DNA of 64,000 nucleotides from an uncultured Gemmatimonadales bacterium (GCA_963798085.1 CAWCRS010000007.1:32001-96000); one strand, 5' to 3'; counted from the stretch's first letter, positions 40,555-52,529 are shown. Notes: a model not told the origin generated them from the letters alone. A program made the numbers and translations.

Positions 40555-41880
40555 ATGGACAATCACGTTCTGGTCCGCGACCCGATCTGGAACACGATCC
40601 GCCTCGACCCCGTGTCGGTGCGCATCGTGGACGCCGCATCCTTCCAGCGCCTGCGCCGCATCAAGCAGCTGGGCCACGCGCACCTCGTGTATCCGGGCGC
40701 GACGCACACCCGCTTCGATCACGCGCTGGGTGTCTATCATCTGGCGCGGCGCGCTCTGCTGCTCATGGGCGAGCGCGGCCTGCTGGCCGGCGTCCGGGAA
40801 CTCGACCTTACGCTGGTGCCGCTGGCCGGACTGCTGCACGACATCGCGCACTACCCGTATTCCCATGCGCTGGAAGAGCTGCAGGCGGATCGCATTCCCG
40901 GACATCACGAGGCACTGGCGGGGCGCTTTCTCGCGGACCAGGACGTTGCCGCCGCATTGGCCACGGTGGCGCCCGAAGCAGCCGCGTCCATTGAAGCGCT
41001 GATCCGGGGCCGTTCCGCCAGTCCGCTGCAGGGCCTGGTGAGCGGCAGCCTCGACCTCGACAAGATCGAGTACCTCAAACGTGACGCGCGCTTCTGCGGT
41101 GTGCCCTTCGGCGAAGTCGATGTGGACCGGCTGCTGCACGCGCTCACGCTGGCAGAGGATCCGCAAAGCGGCCGGCGCGAGGTGGCGGTGCACGAGAAAG
41201 GCGTCGCCGCCCTCGAATCGCTGCTGTTCGCGAAGTACCAAATGTTTCGCAATGTCTACTGGCACCACGCCGTGCGCGCGGCCACCGTGCTCTACAAGCG
41301 TCTGGTGGGCGATGCGCTGGATAGCGGGCTGTTAGGCACGGACGAGCTGGTGGGCGAGACCAATGAAGGACTGCTCTTCCGCATCGCGGAGCGCGCCCGC
41401 GCCGGCAGCAGCGAAGTGGCGCTGCGCGTGGCACGCTGGGTGGATGAGCTGCGCCGGCGCGAGCTGCCCAAGCGCGCAGGTGAGCTGGTGGCGGCCGAGC
41501 TGGAGACCGGCGTCGTGGGGAACTGGATCGAAAGCGACACGCCACTGAAACGCCGCGTCGAGGACAGGCTGGCCGTCGAACTGGGACTGGGTCCGGGCGA
41601 CCTGTTCCTCGACTATCCGGAAAAAACGGCGATGTTCGCGCTCGACCTGCTGGTGGAACGGCGCGATGGCCGCGTCATGCGCCTGGGCCCGGCGGGACAG
41701 GCCGGGCTCATCGGGCTGCCGCGCGTGGCCGATGAGCTGTACCGCACGGCCCGCGTGATGCGCATCTTCACGAAGGGCCCTCGCCGTACCCTGCCATCCA
41801 CCTTGCTCTCCGGAATTGCCGGCCTCGAGGAAGCCGCACTGCGCGCCCGGCTGGACGCGGGCGCGAGCCTCATCGCCTGA
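40555..41880 (+). CDS. HD-domain phosphohydrolase (SAMHD1/YwfO dNTPase-like)
   Basis: RDPIW, FQRLRRIKQLG..HLVYPGATHTRFDH, LLHDIAHYPYSH, DLDKIEYLKRD, VYWHHAVR. Confidence 0.9.
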   Translation: MDNHVLVRDPIWNTIRLDPVSVRIVDAASFQRLRRIKQLGHAHLVYPGATHTRFDHALGVYHLARRALLLMGERGLLAGVRELDLTLVPLAGLLHDIAHYPYSHALEELQADRIPGHHEALAGRFLADQDVAAALATVAPEAAASIEALIRGRSASPLQGLVSGSLDLDKIEYLKRDARFCGVPFGEVDVDRLLHALTLAEDPQSGRREVAVHEKGVAALESLLFAKYQMFRNVYWHHAVRAATVLYKRLVGDALDSGLLGTDELVGETNEGLLFRIAERARAGSSEVALRVARWVDELRRRELPKRAGELVAAELETGVVGNWIESDTPLKRRVEDRLAVELGLGPGDLFLDYPEKTAMFALDLLVERRDGRVMRLGPAGQAGLIGLPRVADELYRTARVMRIFTKGPRRTLPSTLLSGIAGLEEAALRARLDAGASLIA

Positions 41881-41881
41881 G

Positions 41882-42030
41882 TTATCGGACCGTCTTGGCA
41901 TTCTTGGGTTTTGGGTCATTGCGCCATACCCGTGGCGCGAACTGCAATGAGACATTTGTGTTCATGCTTGTTCGGGTCGCGCCAATGGCGTTAGCGGCCG
42001 GAAGGCAAGAATGCCAAGACGGTCCGATAA
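41882..42030. repeat. 149-bp element with perfect 25-bp terminal inverted repeats (copy 2)
   Basis: TTATCGGACCGTCTTGGCATTCTTG (41882-41906) is the reverse complement of CAAGAATGCCAAGACGGTCCGATAA (42006-42030). Confidence 0.85.
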
Positions 42031-42203
42031 AAACACCGCTGTGCAGGCTAGTTCGAGTCGCGCCAATGGCGTTACCGGCCGGAACGCAAGAATGCCCGGA
42101 TGGTCCAATAAGGCCAATGAAACACCGGTGTGCATGCTTTTTCGGGTCGTGCAATGGCGTCACCGGCCGGAAGGCAAGAATGCCAGGACGGCCCGAAAAA
42201 GGC
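41945..42203 (+). repeat. Three degenerate ~85-bp tandem units
   Basis: Units at 41945, ~42031 and 42115 share TTCGRGTCG..CAATGGCGT...CGGCCGGAA.GCAAGAATGCC..GA.GG.CC. Confidence 0.85.
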
Positions 42204-42220
42204 GAGCGGTCCGGTGCGGT

Positions 42221-43581
<1,361 letters not shown>

Positions 43582-43585
<4 letters not shown>

Positions 43586-45366
43586 GCGCGTGACTCCGCG
43601 TCAGAGGAAACGGTGCTGCTGCCACGTGCGCCGGCGGTGGTCCGGATGCGCGGCAGTGTGATGGTGAAGCGCGCGCCGGCGCGGTCCGTGCGGTTGGACG
43701 CGCTCATGCGTCCACCGACGCCGCGCACCATGCCTTCGGCGACGAAGAGGCCGAGCCCTACACCCTGCACTTCGCCCTTGGTAGTGAAGAAAGGGTCGAA
43801 CACGCGCGACAGCACATCGGGTGCAAGTCCGGGGCCCGTGTCCGCCACATCGATAACAGCAGTGTCAGCCTCCTGATGCAGCGCGATCTCAATGGCGCCC
43901 CTGTCGTTCATGGCTTCGCGCGCGTTGCGCACGAGGTTGAGCAGCACCTGTTTCAGGGCATCAGGTGCAATACCCACCGCGCCATCTTCCGCCACCTGCG
44001 TGGTGATGCGCAGCGCGGGCGGTGCGCCGACGCGCGCCAGCGCCGCCACTTCCCGGACGATCACGCCGGCATCGGAGGCACTGGCGCCGGGGTCGTGCGG
44101 CCGGTGCAGGTCCAGCATCTGCTCGGCCAGCTCGTGCATGCGCAGCAGTTCATCGATGGCCAGATCGGCGAAGGCGCGGATCTCCGCATCCGCGCCACTG
44201 CGGCGGCGAATGACTTCGAGACAGTTGCGCACGTTGGCCACGGGATTGCGGATCTCGTGCGCCAGCTGCGCCACCAGCTGTCCGGCGGCGGCCAGGCGGT
44301 CGCGCTGCATCAGCTCCGCCTGGAGCGCGGAGAGGCGAGTCTGGCGATCCTCTAACTCGCGATTAGCGCGGGCCAGCTCCTCCAGGCGGGCTGCCAGCGC
44401 GCGCCGCATGGCTTCGAAGGCGTCCACCACGCGACCCAGTTCGGCCACGTGCGGCCGTTCCAGCGGGGCGTGGAAGTCGCCCGCGGCCAGGCGATCCGCG
44501 GCCAGTGCGACGGAGCGCGCGGGCTCCGCCAGGCGCATGGCGAAGAACGCGCCCAGAATGAGCGCCACCAGTGCCGACAGACCCGTGCTCAGCGTCGCCA
44601 CGCGGCGCAGTGTGCTCAGAATGGCGCGGTCACGATCGAGGTCGCGCACCAGGATGGCGGTCGCGAACTCGCCCAGCGGAACGGCGCGGGCGAGCAGGTG
44701 ATGATCGGCGCCGAGGACGTGAACCAGCGAGTCGCCTGCAGCCCATGAGCGCGCGGCCTGCGCGATCACGCTCGTGTCACGCTCGGCCGCCGTGCTGGCG
44801 GCAATGCCGCCACGGCGGGTGAGAATGACGACATCGGCGCGCGTGAGACCGGCCAGCGCACGGGCATCATTGGCGCCCATCCGCGAAGTGATGCCCGCGA
44901 TGCCGGCGAAGACGTTGCCCGCGTGGACGGGGGCGAGCGCGACGGTGCGCAGCTCGAGGCTGTCGCCCACCACTTCGACGGGCATTTCTCCGGCGCGTGC
45001 GCGCTCGATCAGGGCAGCGGGGGGCGCGGGTCCGGTGAGCACGCGGCCGCGCGCGTTCAGCAGGACAGCCTCTTCGCCGTAGCCGCCGCGCGCCGATTCC
45101 ACAAGCTGCACGGCGCGCGCATCGTCTCCCGCAAGCAACGACGCTGCCAGACCGTCCGTCGTCGCCACTTCCTTGGCGTGCATCATCATGGCGTCGGCGG
45201 ACTGCGCGCGGCTGCCGGCCAGCAGTGCGGGAGCCGCCTGCAGATCGTGGCGCGACTGCTCTTCGATGGCGCCCGCCAGGCGGTGCTCGAGCAGCAGCCC
45301 CGCCGGCAGGAGGGCGGCCACGAGCACGAAGGCAATCAGCAGCAGCAGCGCTCGGCGCAACGACAC
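43582..45366 (-). CDS. Membrane sensor histidine kinase (HAMP, HisKA, HATPase)
   Basis: Two TM segments, LAHEIRNP, LNLVRNA, DTGPG, FDPFFTTK, GVGLGL. Confidence 0.95.
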
Positions 45367-45601
45367 AGGAGTTTCGGCTGGTCACGCGTTCGTGAGGTGT
45401 CGCCGGCAACGGGATCCGCCCGGCCAGGCGCGTGCGCATGTCGGGCGGCTCCACGAAGCCGGGCAACGCACGTGTGAGGAACCGCTCGCATACATGAAAC
45501 GTTCCGCTCGCCGGAATCGCGATGCCGGGCGCACGCCGGGGGCATCGCTGGGGCGCCGGGTCGCTGGTGGTTCCAGCAGCAGGCTGACGCGACGCTGGCG
45601 A

Positions 45602-45615
45602 CGTTTCATGAAACG
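45602..45615. promoter_or_regulatory. Perfect 14-bp palindrome, candidate operator
   Basis: CGTTTCATGAAACG; extra half-site CATGAAACGT at 45493-45502. Confidence 0.5.
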
Positions 45616-46099
45616 CTGACAGGCGATAACACTCCTGTTATGGCGGCCATGCAGCGCGCCAGCTGGCGGTCCCCAGCTGCAGGCAGGCGGCGGCCACCGC
45701 CGTCCGACGGTTGGCAAAGGCGTCTCATGGAATCCGCGTTCCGGGTCGCAGGAGGCACCGGAATGAGGCGTCTGCCAGACCGTCGCCCCAGCCCGGGTAC
45801 TCGCTCGATATCAGCCAGCCGGCGAGAGTCAGGGGTGGGGCACTACCGGCCTTGCGCGTATCACAACTGAATCACAACATCAGTAGCAACTGAATCGCAG
45901 GCCGGGAATGCTCCGGGTTGGGCTGGCTGGGCGCCAGCCGGGCAGCGCTGTACGGGCGTGCGTCCTGCGCCGGCGCAGCACCCGCCCGCGGCGTCTGTCC
46001 GGCGGGGCGGCGGCGCCGGTCCGTTGAGGACTGGCCGAGCCAGGCGGTACGCGCCGCCCTGGTTCGGGCCCGTGTCACTAACAGGGAGTCAGGGATGCC

Positions 46100-47122
46100 A
46101 TGGTTGTGCTCGAGGTTGTACAGGGCGCTGCGCAGGCGATACTGCTGAACGGCGCAGACATCCAGGCGCTGCTCGAACCGGCGTCGTGTGTGGATGCCGT
46201 GGAAGCCGCGTTCCGGATGTACGGCGGGGGCCGGGTGGGTGGTGGCGGTGTGCTGGGGATCCCGGTGGCGGGTGGTGGCTTCCATGTGAAGGCTGCGTGG
46301 CTGCCCTCGGGCGGGAGCGGCGCGTACTTCGCGGCCAAGCTCAACGCGAATTTCCCGGACAATCCTGTCACGCGCGGTTTGCCGACGATCCAGGGTCTGC
46401 TGCTCCTGTGCGATGCCGCGAGTGGCGCGGTGCTGGCGGTGATGGACTCCGCCGTGCTGACGGCGCTGCGCACGGCGGCGGCGACCGGGGTTGCGGTGCG
46501 GCATCTCGCGCGGCGCAATGCGCGGAGCCTGCTCCTCGCCGGCTGCGGTGTGCAGGCCTGGTATCAGCTTGCGGCGGTGCACGCCGAACGGCCGCTCGCG
46601 TGTGCCCATGTGTTCGACATCAGGCCGCACGTGGCCCGCGCGTTTGCGGCGCGCGCGTCTGATGCATTGGGCATCAATGTGCAGAGCGTCCCCGCGCTGC
46701 GGCCCGCGAGTCTGGCGAGTGATGTGATCGTCACGTGCACGCCTGCAACGGGCGCGTTCCTGGGCGAAGCAGACGTGTCCCCGGGTGCGCTGGTTGCCGC
46801 GGTGGGTGCGGACAACGCGAGCAAGCAGGAACTCGAGCCTGCACTGCTGGGCGCCGTGGCGATCATCACCGACGTGACGGCGCAATGTGCCGAGATCGGT
46901 GATCTGCATCACGCGCTGGTGGCAGGTACGGTCGCTCTCGCCGACGTGCGCGCGGAGCTGGGCGAGGTGGTGGCAGGCATGCGTCCCGGCCGCGTGCGCG
47001 AGGATGAGCGGATCGTCTTCGACAGCACGGGTACCGCGCTGCAGGACGTGGCGGTTGCGGCGCTGGCGTATGAGCGTGCCCTTGCAACGGATGCCGGGCG
47101 ACGTTTCGCCTTCCGCGTATGA
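46100..47122 (+). CDS. Ornithine cyclodeaminase / mu-crystallin family protein
   Basis: AKLNANFPDNP..GLPTIQG, LTALRTAAA, GCGVQA, FDSTGTALQDVA. Confidence 0.92.
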   Translation: MVVLEVVQGAAQAILLNGADIQALLEPASCVDAVEAAFRMYGGGRVGGGGVLGIPVAGGGFHVKAAWLPSGGSGAYFAAKLNANFPDNPVTRGLPTIQGLLLLCDAASGAVLAVMDSAVLTALRTAAATGVAVRHLARRNARSLLLAGCGVQAWYQLAAVHAERPLACAHVFDIRPHVARAFAARASDALGINVQSVPALRPASLASDVIVTCTPATGAFLGEADVSPGALVAAVGADNASKQELEPALLGAVAIITDVTAQCAEIGDLHHALVAGTVALADVRAELGEVVAGMRPGRVREDERIVFDSTGTALQDVAVAALAYERALATDAGRRFAFRV

Positions 47123-47883
47123 TACCCATGGAAGCGAATCGCGCGGAGCCGCGGCAGTGGCTGCTGCTGATCCACCAGATTCCGCCCAAGCCGGACTATT
47201 TCCGCGTCAAGGTGCGGCGCCGGCTGCAGCGGCTGGGTGCGGTGCCACTCAAGAACTCCGTGTATGTGCTGCCGGACACGGAGCAGGCGCGCGAGGACTT
47301 CGCGTGGCTGGCGGGTGAGATCGTGGCGGACGGCGGCGAGGTAACAGTGTGTCAGGCGGTACTGCTGTCGGGCAGCACGGATGAGGAAATGCAGCGCATG
47401 CTGGAACCGGAGGCGGGCATGGCCATGGTGGAAAAGACGGTGGCGCAGCGTGTCGAGCCGGGCCGCACGTGGGTCACGCGGACCGGTGTGAAGGTGGATC
47501 GCATGTCCAGCGCCTGGCTGATCCGGCGTTTCATCGATGCGCAGGCGAAGTTCCGCTTCGCTCCTTCGCGCGGTTACCGGCCGGGGCCGGGCGAGCTGCG
47601 CTTCGACATGTTCGAGGGCGAGTTTACACACGAGGGCGATCTGTGCACGTTCGAGGTACTGCTGCGCCGCTTCGGCCTTGACGATCGCGGTCTCCGCCGC
47701 ATGGCGGAGATCGTGCACGACATCGACTGCAAGGATGAGCGGTACGGCCGGCCGGAGACAGCGGGCATAGCCCTGATCGTGGAAGGCATCGCCGGCGCGC
47801 ACGCCGAGGACGAAGTCAGGCTGGAGCGCAGCGCCGCGCTCTGGGACGATCTGCACGCCCGTCTGTCTCAAATGTCGAGTTAG
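47119..47883 (+). CDS. chrB: Chromate resistance regulator ChrB
   Basis: WLLLIHQIPPKPDYFRVKVRRRLQRLGAV and WVTR....VDRMSSAWLIRRFID...FTHEGDLCTFE. Confidence 0.92.
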   Translation: MIPMEANRAEPRQWLLLIHQIPPKPDYFRVKVRRRLQRLGAVPLKNSVYVLPDTEQAREDFAWLAGEIVADGGEVTVCQAVLLSGSTDEEMQRMLEPEAGMAMVEKTVAQRVEPGRTWVTRTGVKVDRMSSAWLIRRFIDAQAKFRFAPSRGYRPGPGELRFDMFEGEFTHEGDLCTFEVLLRRFGLDDRGLRRMAEIVHDIDCKDERYGRPETAGIALIVEGIAGAHAEDEVRLERSAALWDDLHARLSQMSS

Positions 47884-47897
47884 TCGCAGCGCCGGCC

Positions 47898-49066
47898 ATG
47901 GCACCCGCGCGCGAGCCGGGCGCGCTGCCGGCCCCGGCAGCGCGCGACGTCCGTCTGCGCGATTTCCTCGGGTACTTTCTGCAGCTGGGCACGCTGGGCT
48001 TCGGCGGCCCCATTGCGCTGGTGGGGTACATGCAGCGCGACCTGGTGGAGCGCCGGCGCTGGGTGGCCGAGCGCAGCTTTGCGGAGGGGCTGGCGTTCTC
48101 ACAGCTGGCACCCGGCCCGCTGGCGGCGCAGCTGGCCATCTGGCTGGGCTGGGAGCGGTGGCGCGCGGTGGGCGCGACGCTGACCGGGCTGGCGTTCGTC
48201 GCCCCATCCTTCCTCATGGTGCTGGCGTTGTCAGTACTGTACCAGCACTGGGGCGGCCTGCCCTGGATGCGCGGTGCCTTCTACGGCATTGGCGCGGTTG
48301 TCATCGCGATCATTGCGCGCAGTGCGCTCAAGCTGGCGCGCCGCACGCTGCGCACCGATCCGCTGCTGTGGCTGCTGTTTCTCATGAACGCGTCGTTAGT
48401 GGTGTGGCAGCAGGCCGAGCGCGTCTGGGTCTTCCTGGCCAGCGGCCTGGTGATGGTGCTGTGGCGCGAGCGTCTGCGGAGCGTGGCGCTGCACCCGCTG
48501 GCGCTGCTGCTGCGCTGCCGCTGCCGCTGGCGGCGGCCGGCGGCAGCAGTCTGCCGCAGCTGTTCTGGTTCTTCAGCCGGGCCGGTGCGGTGGTATTCGG
48601 GAGCGGGCTGGCGATCGTGCCGTTTCTCTATGGTGGCGTCGTGCAGCAGTATGGCTGGCTGAATCAGCAGCAGTTCCTCGATGCCGTGGCAGTATCGATG
48701 ATCACGCCCGGGCCGGTCGTGATCACAGTTGCGTTCATCGGCTATCTGACGGCAGGCATGGCGGGCGCATTCGTGGCGGCCGCGGGCGTGTTCCTGCCGG
48801 TATGGCTCGTCGTGCTGGTGGCGGCGCCGTGGTTCGAGCGGCTGGCGAGGAGCGCGCGCGTGCGCGGCTTCGTCAATGGCGTGACGGCGGCGGCCACGGG
48901 GGCCATCGCGGGCGCCGCGGTGATTCTGGGGCGACGTGCCATTGTCGATGCGACGACGTCGTGTCTGGCGCTGGCGGCGCTGTTCCTGCTCTGGCGTTGC
49001 CGCCGCGTGCCGGAGCCGCTGCTGATCCTGGGCGCGGCAGTGGCCGGCGTGGCGCTGCACGGCTGA
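47898..49066 (+). CDS. chrA: Chromate efflux transporter ChrA (frame break near 48515)
   Basis: LGTLGFGGP, QLAPGPLA, VVFGSG, ITPGPV in two homologous halves. Confidence 0.92.
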
Positions 49067-49071
49067 GCGCG

Positions 49072-49809
49072 TCAGGCGGTCGCGAACTCGGCTAACACGG
49101 GGTTGTGATCGCTGAGCTGGTCCCAGCGGGAGCCGCGCACCACGCGGCAGGCGATGAGCCGGTCGCGCCAGGTGGCGGGGACGAAGATGCCGTCGCAGTG
49201 GTAGGGCGTCTTGCGATCGGCGGTCCAGCGCAACGTCTGCGCCAGCGGCCGGTCGGGGTGCGCGACCTGCCAGCAGCTGAGCAGCCCGAATTCGCCGGCC
49301 AGTCGTTCGAGGATGGCGCGCTCGGCGCGGCTCACACGAAGTTTTTCCCGGGGCTGACGGTAACCGACGACGACATTGAAGTCGCCGCCCAGCACGAGAT
49401 CGGCGTCCCGGGCGAGGGGCGCGATGGCATCGAGGATCTCGTGCAGGGTGCGGATGTAGCCGTGGTTGCCGACGGGCCCGTGCACGCTGAAGAGGCGGAG
49501 CGGGCGGTCGCTCCACGCAGCAGGGGGCAACTCGCCGCCGACGATCCAGCCATCATGCAGGGGCAGCTCGATGGGCGAGAGGCAGGCAGCGCGCACGAGG
49601 AGGGCGCTGCCCCAGCCGGCCGGGCTTGCGGCGCGCCAGAGCAGGCCGTCGCCTGCGTCGGGGCGGTAGGGTTCGAGCGCGGAGTCGGCGGGCGCGCGGC
49701 ACTCCTGCGCGAAGACAATGTCGGCGTCCAGTCGTCGCACCAGCCGCGACCAGTGGCCGGCGCGGTTGCGGCTGCCACCCGCGAGGAAGTTCCAGGTCAC
49801 GAAGCGCAT
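49072..49809 (-). CDS. Endonuclease/exonuclease/phosphatase family protein
   Basis: VTWN, DIVFAQE, GGDFN, HCDGIF, LSDHNPV. Confidence 0.88.
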   Translation of the reverse strand: MRFVTWNFLAGGSRNRAGHWSRLVRRLDADIVFAQECRAPADSALEPYRPDAGDGLLWRAASPAGWGSALLVRAACLSPIELPLHDGWIVGGELPPAAWSDRPLRLFSVHGPVGNHGYIRTLHEILDAIAPLARDADLVLGGDFNVVVGYRQPREKLRVSRAERAILERLAGEFGLLSCWQVAHPDRPLAQTLRWTADRKTPYHCDGIFVPATWRDRLIACRVVRGSRWDQLSDHNPVLAEFATA

Positions 49810-49891
49810 GGTGCGCAGGATGGCATCACGCCATCGCCGGGCGCCACGGCGGGTGGGGCGGAACGCACGTGTCGCCTGGCCACGGCGTGCG

Positions 49892-51141
49892 TCAGGCCAG
49901 CTCGCGCAGGCGGCGCTCGAGGAAACGGCGCTCGGGCTCCTGACGCGTCAGCTCGAGTGCGCGCTGGTACGCAGCGCGCGCCTCTGTAGTGCGGCCCAGG
50001 CGCCGGCACAAGTCGGCGCGTGCGGAGTGCGCGAAGTGGTAGTCGGCGAGTTGGCCACGCGCGAGGATGGCATCGATCACCTCGAGGCCGGCTCGTGGGC
50101 CGTCGCGCATGGCCAGGGCGGCGGCGCGATTCAGCTCGATGACGGGCGACGGACTGGCGCGCAGCAGCACATCGTAGAGGCCCACGATCTGGCGCCAGTC
50201 CGTGCGGGCGGCGGAGGGCGTTTCCGCGTGCACGGCAGCGATCGCGGCCTGCAGCGTGTAGGGTCCGAATGCGCGCGAGGAAATCGCGCGCTCCACCAGC
50301 GCGCAGCCTTCCGCGATCATGGCCCGGTCCCAGAGTGAGCGGTCCTGATCGTCGAGCAGGATCAGCTCACCCGCGGGCGAAGTGCGGGCGAGTCGTCGCG
50401 ACTCGTGGAGCAGCATGAGCGCGAGCAGCCCGACGGCTTCGGGCTCGGGCAGCAGGTCGACGAGCAGCCGGCCCAGCCGGATCGCTTCACGCGAGAGGTC
50501 GTGGCGCGTCAGCGATGCGCCCGATGACGCGGAGTACCCCTCGTTGAAGACCAGGTAGATCACGTGCAGGACGATGTCCAGCCGGTCGCCCAGATCCTCC
50601 TTCGAGGGCACCTGATACGGAATGTCGCGGTGCGGATCTTGGCCTTGGCGCGCACGATGCGCTGCGCCAGTGTGGGCGGGCCGGTGAGGAAGGCGTGGGC
50701 AATCTCTTCGGTGGTCAGGCCGCACACCTCACGCAGCGTCAGCGCCACCTGCGCATCAGGCGCGAGCGCCGGGTGGCAGCAGGTGAAGATCAGACGCAGC
50801 CGGTCGTCTTCGACATCGGTATCGTTTTCCGCTGCATTCTCCTGCGCGTCGGCGTCGAGGCGGGTGGCAATTGCGCCGAGCGATGCATCGAAGCGCGCGC
50901 GGCGGCGCAGTGTGTCGATGGCCTTGAAGCGGCCGGTCGAGACGAGCCATGCGCGCGGACTCGCGGGCACACCGTCGCGCGGCCAGCGCTCCATGGCCGC
51001 GGTGAAGGCATCGTGCAGCGCCTCCTCGGCGAGGTCGAAATCCCCGAGCAGCCGGATGAGCGTGGCGAGGACGCGGCGCGAGTCGGAACGGTAGACGGTC
51101 TCGACTACGTCGGTCGCCTTCGGGGCCGCGTCCTCGCTCAC
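49892..51141 (-). CDS. ECF42-type sigma factor with C-terminal TPR extension (frame break near 50625)
   Basis: DFDLAEEA, DDRLRLIFTCCHPAL, LAQRIVRAKAKI, YLVFNEGY, GPYTLQAAIAA, LNRAAAL. Confidence 0.9.
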
Positions 51142-51154
51142 GACCGGGTCCGCA

Positions 51155-51508
51155 CTACTGGTCGAACTCCATGATGGGCCGCACCTCGATGCTGCCCATG
51201 CGCACCGATGGAATGCGGGACGCTACCTGAATCGCATCATTCAGGTCGCGGGCATTGATGAGGTAGAAGCCGCCCAGCTGCTCCTTGGTATCGGCGAAGG
51301 GGCCGTCGGTGGTGGACAGCTTGCCGTTACGGATACGCAGCGTGGTGGCGGTCTGCACCGGCTGCAGGGCTTCGCCACCAATGTAATGGCCGCTCTTCTG
51401 GATGTCCTGTGTGAACGCGAAGTACTCGCCCATGAACGCGTCGGACTCGTCCTTCGACATGGCGCCCATCTTCTTTTCTTCGTCGTAGATCAGGCACAGG
51501 TACTTCAT
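51155..51508 (-). CDS. YciI/DGPF family protein
   Basis: MKYLCLIY...TDGPFADTKEQLGGFYLI...IEVRP; GGAGG RBS. Confidence 0.93.
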   Translation of the reverse strand: MKYLCLIYDEEKKMGAMSKDESDAFMGEYFAFTQDIQKSGHYIGGEALQPVQTATTLRIRNGKLSTTDGPFADTKEQLGGFYLINARDLNDAIQVASRIPSVRMGSIEVRPIMEFDQ

Positions 51509-51550
51509 GGGATCCTCCACATGGTTGGGGAATGACTCCGGACACACATG

Positions 51551-51577
51551 GTCGTTCGGCGGGGGCGCAAATCGACA
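51551..51577 (-). promoter_or_regulatory. ECF42-type autoregulated promoter
   Basis: Minus strand TGTCGA-N17-CGAC directly upstream of the DGPF-ECF42 operon. Confidence 0.65.
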
Positions 51578-51611
51578 ATCGGAACGAGCCCGGCCTTCAT
51601 GCGGTGGATCG

Positions 51612-52529
51612 TCAGCGTCCGGTGGCCTGGCGGCGCCAGCTGCGCGGACTGGCGCCGAACTCGGCGCGGAACGCGCGATTGAAGTTGGACAGGTCACCGA
51701 AGCCGCAGGCGAACGCGATCTCGATCACGCGATCGGGTTCGCTGGCAAGGCGGACTGCGGCGTCGCGCAGGCGGCGGCGCAGCAGGTACTGGTGCGGGGT
51801 GACGCCCGTGACGCTCTCGAACGTGCGCAGGAAGTGCCACAGGCTGAGGCCGGCGCGCAGCGCCATGTCGGCGAGGGGAACGGTGGCGGCGGGATCGTCA
51901 TCGATGTCGCGCACGATGCGCGTCACGCGCGCGACAGCGCCGGATGGTACAGGAGCGGACCCGCGCGTGTCGTGCGCGGCAAGGCGCAGGGCCTGCGCCG
52001 CCAGCCGCAGGCTCAGCTCCTGCCAGGGCTGGACGGCGGGCTCATGCACGGCGCCGCACAGCCGTGCGACGAGCGGCGACAGCTGACGCATGGGCGGCAC
52101 GCGCAAGGAGCAAAACGTCGTGTTAGAAGTGCGGCCGGACGCGGGCGCGATGGTCTCGAAGTATGCCGGATCGTAGCGGAAGGCCAGGCAGCGGTCGCCG
52201 GTGGCGTGCTCGTGGCCGCACTCGTAGCACTGGCCGGCGCCGCCCAGCATGAGCGACCCGGGTGTCAGCAGAGCTTCGCCGGCGGCCGCGCGGTACTGGA
52301 AGCTGCCCGCCAGCACCACACTGATGGACACGCGCGGGTGCTGTTCCTCGAAGCGCCGGTCCTGCGGGCCGCAGGTGCAGATCACATCGTCGACCTGCCA
52401 GCCATCACCCTGCGCCAGAACGCGACCGGACGTCCTTCCGGCGCCACCGTGCAGCACGCGCCTCGCCGTGGCGTGCTCGAGATCGGCCGCAATTTTCGCC
52501 AGGATTCCCGCGCGCCGTTTCTCTATCAT
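51612..52529 (-). CDS. AraC family transcriptional regulator with Cys/His-rich N-terminal domain
   Basis: LSLWHFLRTF...GVTPHQY and IAFACGFGDLSNFNRAFR HTHs; start uncertain. Confidence 0.9.
   Translation of the reverse strand: MIEKRRAGILAKIAADLEHATARRVLHGGAGRTSGRVLAQGDGWQVDDVICTCGPQDRRFEEQHPRVSISVVLAGSFQYRAAAGEALLTPGSLMLGGAGQCYECGHEHATGDRCLAFRYDPAYFETIAPASGRTSNTTFCSLRVPPMRQLSPLVARLCGAVHEPAVQPWQELSLRLAAQALRLAAHDTRGSAPVPSGAVARVTRIVRDIDDDPAATVPLADMALRAGLSLWHFLRTFESVTGVTPHQYLLRRRLRDAAVRLASEPDRVIEIAFACGFGDLSNFNRAFRAEFGASPRSWRRQATGR

Noticed and set aside
41945..42203. ~85-bp repeats beside an HD nuclease-like gene as a CRISPR/Cas3-like system
   Set aside because: Units are similar along their whole length, so there are no spacers, and the HD protein has SAMHD1/YwfO-type motifs with no helicase
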